Shown here piece after piece: positions 1-12,955 of a stretch of DNA of 64,000 bases; the stretch's first letter is position 1; each line of letters starts with the position of its first letter. The DNA is taken from contig NC_068983.1 of assembly GCF_001194135.2 (NCBI RefSeq), positions 48,777,811-48,841,810 on the forward strand. Reading direction: 5' to 3'. This DNA is from Octopus bimaculoides. Taxonomy: Eukaryota. The notes below the pieces were generated by a model. The model searched no databases. It was not told the origin of the DNA and worked only from the letters and a program-made list of their open reading frames with translations. Made by a program: the position numbers and the translations under genes.

Positions 1-1460
1 TTCAAATATTTTCACTATTTTCAATATCGTAATATTTTTGGTTTCATCATTTGTGACAAGCCATCATTCATTTTCTCCAGTGTCGTGACAAGAGAACTAT
101 CGCGTTTGATAAGATTACTGGAAAAAATACCATCTCGTTTCTAACTGATGGAGTCAAGTGATCAACATCAAACCGATTATTTTTGAGAGGGATGGAGTGG
201 TCAATGATCAAAATTAAATTTTCTCTGCTTTCTTCCTTTATTTGTTTTTTTTTTTACTTGTTGTTACTGTTGTTGCTGCTATTATGGTTGTGGGTGTTGT
301 TGTTTTGTTATTCATGAACCGTTAAATGTATATTAGTAAAAAGTTGGCAGAACTACACCCTTTATTGGTGTTCGGTAAACATAAGGTGAAGGAGACCGTA
401 AAGATCAAAATATAATGTCCAGATCATTGTTTGAGAGGAATAATAGAAAAGAGGAGAAAGAAAATAAGAGAGATGATGGATCGATTTTTCTATTTATTCT
501 TATACATATGCATACATGTGTGTGTTTATATATCATAGCAGATGAACAATATATATGTGTGTGTATGTATATGTTATTTCTTGACTACAAAGAAGTTTGA
601 GATTGAAATGAGTTTTGAAATTATATGCTAGGATTGCAGAATTGAAGCTACAAACGTCCCCTGAAGGACGACGTCGTATGCCCGTCGTCGCTAAACCAGG
701 GAGAGCAAGATTGATTCGTTAATTCATGTGGATAAACTACATCTAAATAAAGAACAATTAGCATTTGATTACAATGCATTTGTTTATATACTTTCTCTAT
801 CATCCCTAATGAGTGGTTAACCAATACCACCCATATCTATATTTGAAAATGTAAATATCCTAAGAAACCTCAGGAACCATCTGAGTACATTAACTGCATC
901 TAGTCTTCATATATTATCAGTTTAAGGGTCTCTCTCTCTCTCTTTTTTGAAGTTGCTCATTCCAATTAAACTACACCGCATTTATCTTTGATGGAAGTAA
1001 ACCGAATGTCATTCATTCTCTTACCGTATGAAAGTGAGTGTAGAAAACTAATCGTTGAAATTTACGAATTGTCTTCCCGACCAACCTGAATTCGAGATCA
1101 TATTTTCATTTAAAAGGCACTACTCTTTAAATGATACACATCAAAACATTTCATAAATTATCTTCTTCCTACACCATTAAGAAAAAACTATCTATTCAGT
1201 CAATAACTGCTGATTGATATTCATGGACACTCAACAGAGTTATAATCTTATCAGGTAATGAAATCTTAGATTTACAGTATGTGACTTAAAGATGTGTCAA
1301 TAAAGATGTGTCTTTGATTATACTTATATTCTAACATGGCTCAAAATGGGTCTAACGTATTGCAAAAATAAAAGCAGTTCAGTTCTAAATAATCTCACTG
1401 TGCACTAAAAGCGAAATGAAATTTAACAGTCATTTAACATTTCGATTCAAACATCGATAC

Positions 1461-1566
1461 TACATCTTCATAAATAGAATCCGTCATTCTCCAATACTGC
1501 ATCTTGATATATAGAATCGGTCTTTCTCCAATACTGCATCTTGATAAATAGAATCACCCTTTCTCC
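1461..1566. repeat. 37-bp minisatellite, about 2.8 copies
   Basis: Unit tgcatcttgatatatagaatcggtctttctccaatac repeated with substitutions. Confidence 0.85.
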
Positions 1567-2029
1567 TTTTCATGATATGATTTACAAATGAACTAAATGT
1601 CGAAAGACAGCAATAGTCCTGTTTCTAACTTATGTTCAATTCAAATTTCAAGTAGGATATGATGTAGTCGTTCCTTTTGAAGATGCTTGTATTTCCTCCA
1701 CATATACTTAGAAAGAACTATATCAATATCCCTTTATTTTACATCAGCGTCGTTGAAATGGTGTAAAATTAAATTACATCTGCCTAGAGCAAACAAATAT
1801 GACAAAGTCATTAGAAATTCAGTGTTCCAGATTGTTGTCCCTAAATATCTTTTCCTTAAAGCGAAAAGTAACATATCCCTGGACGAACAACACATGTGCA
1901 CTACGCTTTCCCTTATCATTCCGCACGGAGATTTATTATAACTAATGAACTACTCATTAATACAACAACCAGATAAAAATGCTATTTTATTTAAATTAGC
2001 CATTGTAATATATATAAGCGTAGAGGCGT

Positions 2030-2170
2030 TTGGATTACTGGTTAGCGTGTTACAACCATGATCGTAGGATTGTGGTTTCGAATCCTGGACTGAACGAAGC
2101 GTTGAGAATTTGAGCAGAACACAACACTTCTCGTTGCTCCAGTCCACTAAGCTGCCACAAATGATTAGTC
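2030..2170 (+). mobile_element. Degenerate tRNA-derived SINE head (family 4)
   Basis: B-box-like ggtttcgaatcc followed by ttgagcagaacac...gttgctccagtccactaagctg, matching the 28780-29126 copy. Confidence 0.6.
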
Positions 2171-2439
2171 CTGGGATGGACCGGCTTCCGTTCAGTGGCG
2201 AGGGAAGAGAATATAGACGCCACAGAATCAGGGAAATCGGCGTTATGTGTCTAAGGCACGGAATGGAAATTTGATAATTTTCTTGTATACATTTATATAA
2301 ACATTATTAACTTGTTTCGAGTCTCTAAGCAAGAGATATACAGTAACAGTACTGAATAGTAAAGTTTATTTTCACAATAGAATGTGCAGTCCAATACAAC
2401 ACTACCATCACCCTTGTATAAGACCGCCACATATATATA

Positions 2440-3465
2440 AAGTCACCAGTGGTGTCCCTCAGGAGACTGTCTCGGTTCCGCTCCTCTTTATAATTTACCT
2501 AAATGTCGTAAATCCAGCGTCGTAAATCACTGCAAATTGAAAATATTTGCTGATGAAACTAAGCTCCAGCAAAATCATCAATGAAGAAGATCGAACTCAA
2601 CTCCAGTCCGATCTATATGCTGCGAGTCAATGGGCAGAAAAAAACAAATGCAACTGAACGAGGGAAAATTTGAGCTGAGGCATTTTGGAAGAAAGTCTAT
2701 GCTAAAACAGCCATACTCTCTTCCGCTTACGGCATCTAATAATATCAGAGACCTGGGTGTAATTGTTGTTAACAATCTCAGTTCTAGCTCCCACGTCGAC
2801 AATAAGGTCAATATAGCTCGTAGGGTGAGCTCCTGGATCTTAAGAACCTTCCGGTCCAGAGAACAAGGTCTCATTATTCCACTTTTCTCCTCCTTTGTAC
2901 GACCACACCTCGAATACTGCTGCCCCCTGTTGTCTCTCCATACAAAACAAAACATCTCGAGGATTAAATCACCCCAGAGGACATTCACTAAACGAATTGA
3001 AGGCATGACTGATCTCGATTACTGGAATCGCCTAAAAGCCTTGAAACTCTACTCTCTCCAGCGCCGCCGCGAGCGGTACATCATTTGTACGATGTGGAGA
3101 ATACACCGCCAGCATTGCCCAAACGACCTGAACATTAGTTTCAAGGTTCATCCAAGACTGGGACCACGAGCCTTACGTCCCTTGCGCAATTCAGGATCAC
3201 ATCATATAGGTACCCTGCCCTATTTAACATTGTCCCAAAACAGATCAAAAAGGAAAAGGATCCCATCACCTTTAAACGGAGTCTGGACAGATTTCTTCAA
3301 GGAATACCGGATAAGCCAGAGGACAACTCACTCAGCAAGAACTCACAACTTGAATGGAATCATAAACAAAACTTGACTTAAAAAGGATTTAGATAATCCT
3401 ATCAGCTGGTGCTATTAAGTTAGATATGGCCTGGGTCAATCTTTGATCGAAACATATCTAAGTTT
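2440..3465 (+). mobile_element. 5'-truncated CR1-type LINE (RT C-terminus and 3' UTR), frameshifted
   Basis: SGVPQ, FADETKL (YADD-like) and VRPHLEYCCPLLS motifs; ORF 2630-3376; 3' UTR shared with two other copies; followed by a (TATC)/(TA) tract. Confidence 0.9.
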
Positions 3466-4549
3466 TATATCTATCTATGTATATATATCTATACATATAT
3501 CTCTATATCTATCTACCTATCTATCTATGTGCATATATATATATCAATCTATCTATCTATAACTACTGTCAATAAAAGTCGGGCTGCGTTGCGCTCCGTT
3601 ACTTAATAAATGAAAAAAAAAACTAAATAAACAACAAGGTATACCGAGTGTAAAATTTGACCTGAGGTTTCTAATTCTTCATCAGCTTGNNNNNNNNNNT
3701 ATATATATATATATATGTCATTGTAGCACTACGATTTCTCGTAAGAAAATAAACAGAATTAGATGAGTATATGAAATGCTCAACCTATCTATGTATGGCT
3801 ATTCATCTGTATGTCAACTGCCACTCTTCATCGCTTTAAATATTAAATGAAGAACGACAGCATGTATGGAATACTCGCCTCCAAAAACTATAATTCGTTA
3901 AATTATCTGTACTGTGGATAAAAACAACTAGTACATTTATCGTCGTAAGAGACGCAGGACCTATTGATCTCATGTATATAAATAAATATACTTATTGCAT
4001 TTCTCGTTTTAATTTGTTTCTCTACTACGTGTCCATATATAATTCTCTATTTAGATTTTTTTTTTCCTTTTTGTGTACAGTTCAAACTATATTATCCCAT
4101 GATTATGTATTCATGAAATTCTAATCTTCAATACGTTATTATTTGTAAATATTCTTTCTTTTTGCAATCTTTCACTTATATTAGATTTTGAATATTCGTC
4201 TAACCTACACTCCGGAGAGCAAACTTTACCCTATGATCTTATAATATGATTTCTAAATGATGAGATATTCACTAAGTTTTCAATCTTAGAAATAAGTATT
4301 TTCTCATTTCATCTTAACTTATCTATCTTACCAAATATTGTTTTGTAATATATAAAACATAAACGCCAATTTATATGCAGATAATATTCATAACAGCTAG
4401 ACTATTACAGCAAGCACATTCTGAAAATTGTAGAGTGTAGAACAAAACTAGGAAGAATTCGAACGACTGCGTAGACAAGAAATCAGAAAATATTCATATA
4501 ATTGCCAACAGACTCATGGAGAAATAATGTGGAGGTGAAAACGATTTAA

Positions 4550-4605
4550 CCAATATATATATATATATGTGAGCGTGTATATGTTTGTATGTGCGCGTAT
4601 ATATG

Positions 4606-4646
<41 letters not shown>

Positions 4647-4775
4647 GAGCACATATACACACATATGTATACACCCACATATATACACATACGCATATAT
4701 ATACGTACATACACACATGTATTTACACACATACACACACACAAATCTATCTATCTATCTATCTGTATACATATA
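4550..4775. repeat. Compound (TA)n/(CA)n microsatellite
   Basis: Direct reading; explains the overlapping YIYI/THTH ORFs. Confidence 0.95.
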
Positions 4776-5174
4776 TCAGGCACGTGTTGTCAATAAATAC
4801 TCAGGCTAGGCAGTTGGTGATCTGTATGTAGTAAAACATACAAAAAACATGTATAATACATGCACGCGACTGAGTTGAAGGCAGATTTACTTCTGCCTTT
4901 ATAGAACGTAAAGCAGGAGTATGCGGAGCATGTATTCTACAGCATTACTATGCGTAGCTTTAACACTGATTGTAAAGCAGGGCGTATTATGCCTACCTAA
5001 TCTACAAAAGAAAAAAAGCAATATTATGTATTTTATGCATTGTAATCAGAGCAACCTTCATAATCTTATTGAATTAGCTGCATATTTTGCTGTAAATGGA
5101 AAATGTTGCTATCGATCTATTTTATTGAAGGTAGGCAGGGTCTACTTTGCTGACCTAGGCGGCACGTTTCTCTA

Positions 5175-5189
5175 ATATATATATATATA

Positions 5190-5275
<86 letters not shown>
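5175..5275. repeat. (TA)n microsatellite
   Basis: Direct reading. Confidence 0.95.
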
Positions 5276-5279
<4 letters not shown>

Positions 5280-6501
5280 ACCATCCCCACATATATGCGT
5301 GTCGTAAAATGGCGGTTAGCCTGTAACATTAAGGAATGTTTACATAAACAGGAAATAGAAACAAAAAAACTTACGTCATCTAAGATAAATAATATATAAA
5401 GTATTTTTATATCACTAAAAGTTTACGTGATACATATATGGAAGGGTAGAAAACATAATGATCTTCATGATGCTTGGCAATTCCTATACTGATATAGTAA
5501 GCTAATGAGACTATAATAAGCAACTGGAGCCGTAGTGTATAAGTGATGTGGACGCTGGTTAAAGAAATAAATACATGTCATCCTATGTGTTTCTGCTTGA
5601 GGTGAACACTTGGAATTCTAGCTTCTACATCAATTTCAATTTCTTTCTCTACAGAAATTTTCATTGGCTGCGAGGATAAGAAACTTGCTTTGCAAATATG
5701 TGGTTTTAAGAAAAGTCACTGAGCGGTAAATTGCAATTTGTTGGACGGAAACTGTACTATCTCGTTTGTATGCATGTACTCTCCCCTCTCTCTCTCTCGC
5801 TTATTATGATGTACTCTGAGTTATGTCATAATTATGATGGTAAAGGTTGTTACATCCCTAAACTAGAAATCAGTCTATGGCCAAACATTAAAATAAAACA
5901 TTTTTCATTTCACTTGTTTTCAGACCGCGTCTGTGTGACAAATAAAGTAGTTTTAGAGTCATTTAGTGTCTACTTCTAGCATGTAACATTATTCAGTAGT
6001 TTCCTATATTATAATTATATTTGTATTAATTTTTACCTAAATGGCCTATTTGCTATCTGCAATGAATGTTTCTTCCAAATGTGGTAAAATTCCATTCACC
6101 TGTTTTCCAGTAATTTTGCAAAAACAGAGACAAACAAAGCCGAGTGATTACAATATCTTGTTTTCACTTACGCGAAATAATAATGAAATTGCTAGATATT
6201 AGCGAGAACAATAACTGAAAAGCCATTGTTGTTCTATATTATATTTACAGTCACTTAAGTAGCATAATACGTTGATCTGGTTGTTACTTTGCCCATACTA
6301 GATACTTTTCATCAGCTAGCGACGTATGTGGTCTCTCAAGACGAATACGGCGGTATTTGTCGTTCAAGCAATACATCCATATTGAGTAGGGTCTGAAGAT
6401 TGTCATTCTGTATTAATACTGCTTTTGTAACTAATTTCACACACCCATACACACAAACATCTGTGTGTGTGTATTTATGTATAAGCATGGGTGCATCTTC
6501 A

Positions 6502-6536
<35 letters not shown>

Positions 6537-7235
6537 GACAATTAATGCAGAGCTCAATACATCTAATATCAGTTACTTTCTGCGTTTTTGCTACCTTTGG
6601 ACGCGAACGTTTACATCATGGATAGTTAAAATTGAATCTTTTCAATATACTTGTCCTATTCAAATCAAAGAAACTGAAAGAAAAATAATATTTCTTAAAT
6701 ATCAATTACAACCTTATATACTTATGAATATTTGTTAATATATCCATAGAACCACAGTTTCAATATAAATATTGTATAAGAGCTTCTATTATGAAATAAA
6801 CTTTTACGGCAACATTCAATATTCTCACCCAATTTCGATTCATGAAATAATTTTTCACTGTTATCCTTTAAGGGCTAATTCTTTTCTCTTTTGTCTTTAA
6901 TTGTATTAAATAGTGCACAAGAGAAAATTGATTTCCATTAAAATTCTTATAAATTCTTCTGTAATCAATATAAGAATTCGTCATTATTTAGTTAATAATC
7001 CCCAGATGGTTGTTTGTATAGCAGTTTCATTTTCTCTCTACATTGTAGAGTGTATGCTGAAGCGAATTATTGACACGTTTATGTGGCTGAACAGTATAAA
7101 CATCTTTTCCGTTATCCAGAATGAAATAAGATATTATGAAATGTTGTTATTTTAGAGAAGGGGCCACTGTCTCGATTAACCGAGATATATTCATTTTGTA
7201 GATTTCCATAGATTTCATAGGATTGTAAATGTCAA

Positions 7236-7600
7236 ATGATGCAATCAGAAGAGATCCAATGGATAAATGTAGTTGAAAAGAAAGAAATAATTGAAAATTG
7301 TTTGGCGTTGACAAAACGTTGTCACCGTCTAATAAAATTTGCGGCCATGGTCGAAACGCTTTCTGTAACAATGGAGGATTCCTGTATTGGAGAAGACACG
7401 AATAATAGACAGCTAAGGAAACAGTACACCTTCTGGCGAGAATTAATCAATACCTGGCTGCAAGCTTTTTTTATGTTTACAGGTAAGGGTTCGGACAAAT
7501 TAGGGAACTATCTGTTTTCCCTTTTTTTTTTATTTGGCGTCCCAATAATTCTGATAGCAGGAAATGGTGCAGAATTCATTCAATTATTGAAATGAATAAA
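7236..7600 (+). mobile_element. Internally deleted rve-type integrase remnant (KRBA2/SCAND3/Ginger-like)
   Basis: LFGVPIILIAGNGAEF resembles FGAP.ILQSDNG.EF (second catalytic D lost); upstream RQLRKQYTFWRELINTWL resembles the integrase zinc-binding region. Confidence 0.5.
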
Positions 7601-8139
7601 CCGATTCGTTTCAAAGTAAACTGAAAGTTCTATCTGAAATTAAAAATATAATGGTGTGCATAGGCAATTGTTTAACAAGTTCGCATTAATACGTAATCAA
7701 TAAGAATAATTTAAAGACTCTCCGCAAAAATTTGCACTGCGTCTCACGCGTGACTTATCTCTCCCTGTGAAACCTTATATTAACTAATTATTAATGGCTG
7801 TTACTTTGTTTCCGAATTGGTAAGACGGTTCATTATAAGAACAGCAAATCTCCGTACATGCACGATTTATGATTCATACAGAGAAACATTTTTGCGAAGA
7901 ATCTAAGCAAGTGCCCATTGAAAAGTAAATTTCTGAAATATACGGTTTGATGAACATCTTTTGACCCCAAAACACTTCCAGTACTGCAAAATTTACAAAA
8001 TAACGATACTTACCGTGAGTAGTACAGACACTTACAATAAAGTCTGTATGATGAAGGGGAAAACCCACGTGATTCTATAATAGAATTTATATATCTTTAA
8101 TGTTATAGACTGTTCTGTTATTAATATTTAAAATGTTTC

Positions 8140-8358
8140 AAGGCGGCGAGCTGGCAGAAACGTTAAGCACGCCGGGTGAAATGCTTAGCGAAATTTCGTC
8201 TGTCTTTACTTTCTGAGTTCAAATTCCGCCGAGGCCGAATTTTCCTTTCATCCTTTCGGGGTTGATAAATTAAATACCAGTTGCGTACAGGGGTCGATCT
8301 AAATGACTGATTTCTCCACAAAATTTCCGGCCTTGTGCCTAGAGTCGAAAAGACTATT
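8140..8358 (+). mobile_element. SINE family 1 monomer (tail B)
   Basis: Head ggcggcgagctggcagaaacgtt, B-box gagttcaaattcc, core cctttcatcctttcggggttgataaattaaataccagtt, tail ggccttgtgcctagagtcgaaaag. Confidence 0.9.
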
Positions 8359-8364
8359 TAAAGT

Positions 8365-8800
8365 AAGGTGGTGAACTGGCAGAAACGTTAGCACGCCGGG
8401 CGAAATGCTTAGCGGTATTTTGTCTGTCGTTACGTTCTGAGTTCAAATTCCGCAGAGGTCGACTTTGCCTTTTATCCTTTCGGGGGTTGATAAATTAAGT
8501 AGCAGTTACGCACTGGGGTCGATGTAATTGACTTAATGGCTTTGTCTGTCCTTGTTTGTTCCCTTTGTGTTTAGCTCCTTGTGGTCAAAAAAGAAATAAG
8601 AAACGTTAGCACGTCGGGGGAAATGCTTACCGGTATTTCGTCTATCTTTACGTTCTGAGTTCAAATTCCGCCGAGTTCGACATTGCTTTCATTCTTTGGT
8701 GGTAGATAAAGTAAGTACCAGTTGCATAATGGGTCGATCTAATCGACTGGCTCCCGCTCCCAAAATATCGGGCCTTGTGCGTAGAGTAGAAAAGAATATT
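8365..8800 (+). mobile_element. SINE family 1 dimer (tail-A monomer plus 5'-clipped tail-B monomer)
   Basis: Two head and core units joined at aaagaaataagaaacgttagcacg. Confidence 0.85.
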
Positions 8801-9834
8801 TAAATGTTTCTTATTCAAATCATTACACTCTTTCTGTCTAGGAGACCAGTGATATTATTGTAATGTCAAGTTTAATATGGCATTGCATATGTTTTGGATG
8901 CATGTACACGGTCAGAGTGACATCAGTTAACTGCCAGTCTGATATCAGATATAGGTTAATTTAGTCAGATTAATTTAAATGGTGTTGCTGAACTATGATA
9001 GTTTTTTACAAAATGTGTCTAAAAGTTTTAAATTACTTTCTGAAATGTTCCATTTTATTCAAGGCTTGATAGCTGGACATTTGTTAAACGAATTTGAAAG
9101 AATTCTAGCAAAAATTTGCTTTGTATATAAAATTTGCTTTCAGAAATGGTGTATTTGTCGTCATTAACCGAAAGATTTATCAGAATATTTTAAAATGCTA
9201 AACGTTTCGGATTTAAAATATCTAATCCCGACTCATTTTGCAAGGAAACAGTTATCTTCCTAGTATTAACAGCCATCGCCAGAGGGAATCACATGTGTTT
9301 AGAACCGATGACATTTCTTACAAGAAGAAACACTTGTAACATACATCACAAGTTCTACCGATGTGGAAAGGATTTCTTTTGTTAACCTTCATATCTAAAT
9401 GTTTTTTTGTTTTCTTTTTCAACTCATACTAAATATTTTAATTCAATTCCTTATTATTTGGTAATCGGTGAAAACGAAACTGTGTCTGTTGAAATGTAAA
9501 AATTTCAACTTCAAAGTACAAACCTACGTATCTTAAAATTTAACATTTAAAAACTATGTGATATTTAATAAGCTCACTCGCTCGGAATACTGTGTTGGGG
9601 GAAATATTTACAGAATTGATTTGCTTCTTGAAAGATGTTGCACGTACACAACTAATGATAAGTAATCAACGAAGTTTATTAATCCTCTCAAATATATATT
9701 TTGAATTCAATCCATTTGTATTCCGATAACATGCAAAATTAAATTATAATATAAGCATGTAAAAATATCCTAACTTCCTGAAATTACTGGCCTTCCAATG
9801 ATAACGCTTTCAAAATTTGAAACCATTATTGCTA

Positions 9835-9990
9835 TTCTTTTACTTGTTTCAGTCATCTGGCTTATTCTTCGTTAGCCTAGTATTTATTATATCGGTCTAT
9901 ATTCTGCCGAACTGCTAGGTTACGTGGACGTAGCACACCAGCATTGAATGTCAAACAATGGTGGTGCGGAGACACACACGCGCGCACGTG
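9835..9990 (-). mobile_element. SINE family 2, 3' half
   Basis: ttttacttgtttcagtcat...ctgccgaactgctaggttacgtggacgtagcacaccagcat matches the other family-2 tails. Confidence 0.75.
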
Positions 9991-10289
9991 CATATATGTT
10001 TCAAAATGATGTGTCATAGTACTATTCCACTTATACAAAAACAGCCATACCAACAATCCAACATACCTCCATCCTCAGCTGCCCCACGAATATCATTATG
10101 GTTGCGACACCTGGGCAGTACCATTCAATCCGGTGGTGTCAGCAGCACTAAATTAAGTGTTGTTTGGGAACAAATATGCCAATGAAACCACAACTTTCAA
10201 ACACATTTACCCTATGTACAACAGTATGGATAAATAAATTCAATAAGTAAATCTATAACCAACTCTTAAATATATAGCTAAACAGCGAG

Positions 10290-10760
10290 CAAACTTTGAA
10301 TTCATACAGAAGTTACTCTCTACAGTCTTCTAGGTCATTATAATAGCACCGGTTTTCCATAACTAGAGTTAGCTCCCTTACATTGCATCGCCGCTGAACC
10401 ACTAGAAGTCACAGGCACGTGCAAGACATGCCACTGAATAAACATGATACCACAGGTCCAACTAACTTATATTCTTCATCCACCTTATAACGGAGTGAAC
10501 GACCTGCACACCCCAATATAACATAAGACACTCGAATCTTTGATCTTCTCTTTTGCGATGTAACCATTGGTCTTTCACTCTTCTCTCTGCCTCTGACTCT
10601 TTCGTTCTGAGGATATCTACCATTAGCGACGAGGCAAAAATATAATATATATTTTCCTCACCATGGTAAACAGAAACTATCGCAAACAACTTCCCTCTCA
10701 CCTTTATTTACTAATTAAATAATGACTTCCTAGCGAAAAGACACACTTCTGTTTGTTATT
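10290..10760 (-). mobile_element. Decayed RTE-clade LINE 3' region
   Basis: Minus-strand fragments EVVCDSFC, LMLYWG, IRWMKNIS and WHVLH fall in the order of the RTE motifs LEVVDSFCYLG, AMLHGSETW, MLRWM and WYGHV. Confidence 0.5.
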
Positions 10761-10795
10761 TGTCCTCCATTTGCTTCTCGCCTATATATATATAC

Positions 10796-10964
10796 ACACA
10801 CGACGGGCCTCTTTTAGTTTCCATCTACCAAATCCATTGACAAGGATTTGGTCGGCCCGAGACTACAGTAGAAGACACTCTTCCAAGTTGCCATGCAGTG
10901 GGATTGAACCCAGAACGATGTGGTTGGTAAGCAAGCTACTTAACACACACCCACGCCTGCGCCT
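10796..10964 (-). mobile_element. SINE family 2, 5' half (tRNA head and core)
   Basis: Reverse complement aggcgcaggcgtgg...ggtaagtagcttgct...gggttcaatcccactgc...ttggaagagtgtcttctactgtag. Confidence 0.85.
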
Positions 10965-12269
10965 ATTATCACAACACAATATATTGTGATTTAATCCATC
11001 ATATCATCTGCATATATGTATATTTGTAAGCCTAAATTATATTATGCACGAGAAATTTATACAGTGTACACCAAAGGGAAATAACGGACTGGAAAAGGCA
11101 CGACATAAATTTTCGCTAAATATACATAATTTAATTTCGCCATTAATACTTGTCTATCATCTTAACACGTTTAGCCAGACAACAAATGCTTGCCGCGGAA
11201 GCTAATGATAACATGTATTGCCCCGCACTTAATTCTGTACTATTATTTGTTTTAAGGAGAAATGCAAAGATTGCTCGACGATTTAGCATTCATCATCTCG
11301 TAATGTAAACGAAATTGGAAGAAGGTCCACCGAAATATCGTTTTAGTTTTCTGTTATTTTTCCCAGGAGTACTGTGGAAGTAAATAGATTTTGGTAATAT
11401 ATATGAACTGGACAGTTACGGTGGTGTGCTAGCTGAATCCTAACGTCCTGAGTTTAAGGTCGGGAGTCGATTTTTGCTTTTTTCATAGCCATTTCAACAT
11501 TGAGATCGTTGTCAGCAACTTCCTCACACGCCATATTTGCTGAACTGTTGCCAAAATAAGAAAATGTAAAGATTATTGGCATCTATTCAAAACAAAATTT
11601 AACGAATATTTACCGGCATTTTATATGTTTGAAAACGTATATACAGACAATACGTAGTAAATATATCTAAATAATAGTTATTAATATCGTAATATAAAAT
11701 CATATAAAATAAACAAGAATATGTGATTAGAAATTTCATTCCGCAAGCATATATTAATATTTCCGATTTTAGACTCACTTCGTAGAACGTTGAGAAAGCG
11801 ACTTCAATGAAAGTCCCGAAAGTTTTTTTTTTCTCTTGATAGCGTGTAAAGTCAATCTTTATATGTTGGAAGGTAGTGGATCAACAGATGGTATTTTTAC
11901 AAGGTATAAGATACAGTAATGTAAGGTGGTTGTAAATGTCATAAAAAACATTTATAACGTATTTATGCCGAAGCAAGTATGAAAAAATATATATATATTA
12001 AGCAGAAAAACTGGAAAAGTAGGAAAGCAAGCGATTATAGCAATACTTCATAGAAAAGGACATAACCTGAAATCCTTACTTCAAATGTCACAGATTTTCA
12101 TATGTGACAGAGGTGAGATGATCCAAATAGTACTGAGATAATCTGAGTAGTCCTTCGTAGTGTTTCATCCTGGATAGGTGAGTAACATTTCGGAAATTTC
12201 ATCTCGAACCTTACAATAAGTATTCGGGAAAGTCTTTACACCTGTTTCTTGGATTTACTGTTTTATATA

Positions 12270-12955
12270 CAATGGCATACTTCGACTTAAGTCGTTTCGA
12301 TTTAAACCATTCCCGATTATACCTCGGTTTTCAAAATATATGGAAAAATAAATATCAACTTAAGTCATTTTACTCGACTTTAGTCTGTCCGCCACAAATA
12401 TTGGAATCGTAAAAATCACTAGAAAACCGCTAAAAGCACATAAAATCATTTTACCGTACAATAAATAAGAATAAAACCATATAAAATCATATTAAAATAC
12501 GTACAGTATATGTTAAGATACACACTATAAATTAGTGTAGTTTAATGAACGAAATCATGAAATCAGCTGTATTGTCTTATCTGTCGGTTTTTCGGAGCTC
12601 ATGTTGCTCTATAGTTCCAATATCAACCGTTAGGCGTCGTTCTCCTTCAGGATTCCCGTTATTGTTTTGAATTCAGATTTGTTTATCGGCTACTTTCTCA
12701 TTCATTTGTGACTTAATTTTTTGCCCCCCCCCCCATGTCTCCTTAGAAAATTGATAGTCAAAGTGCTAAGTTTCATGCTATAACGCTGAAAGATAAACTG
12801 GCTTTGATAAAACGCCATGAAAAAGGTGAAAAAGTGGTAGTAATTGCACAATCTTTTAGGATGAGTCAGACAACTGTTTCGACGATTGTACATAAGGACA
12901 AGATTTTTTAGTACATACTAAATCTGAAGTCCCAGGGATGAAGAGACAAGTAAAT
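12270..12955 (+). mobile_element. pogo/Tigger-like DNA transposon 5' remnant with CENP-B-type HTH
   Basis: TA followed by TIR-like caatggcatacttcgacttaag; ATG at 12735 gives MSP*KIDSQSAKFHAITLKDKLALIKRHEKGEKVVVIAQSFRMSQTTVSTIVHKDKI. Confidence 0.8.

Noticed and set aside
648-720. CpG-rich patch with a 7-bp stem gacgacg/cgtcgtc and a short open frame
   Set aside because: Stem too short, weak splice sites, no recognisable homology
1461-1566. Repeat-spacer-like pattern suggesting CRISPR
   Set aside because: Eukaryotic context, variable part only about 6 nt, no cas genes
4494-4831. Stacks of overlapping ORFs rich in YI/TH/CV (also at 16216-16768, 42244-42655, 44144-44463 and 51603-51910)
   Set aside because: Translations of dinucleotide microsatellites that lack stop codons
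8842-8954. Open 113-nt segment with acceptor; YTVRVTSVN resembles an FN3 strand
   Set aside because: Weak donor (GTTAAT) and the rest lacks the FN3 pattern; kept only as a possible exon
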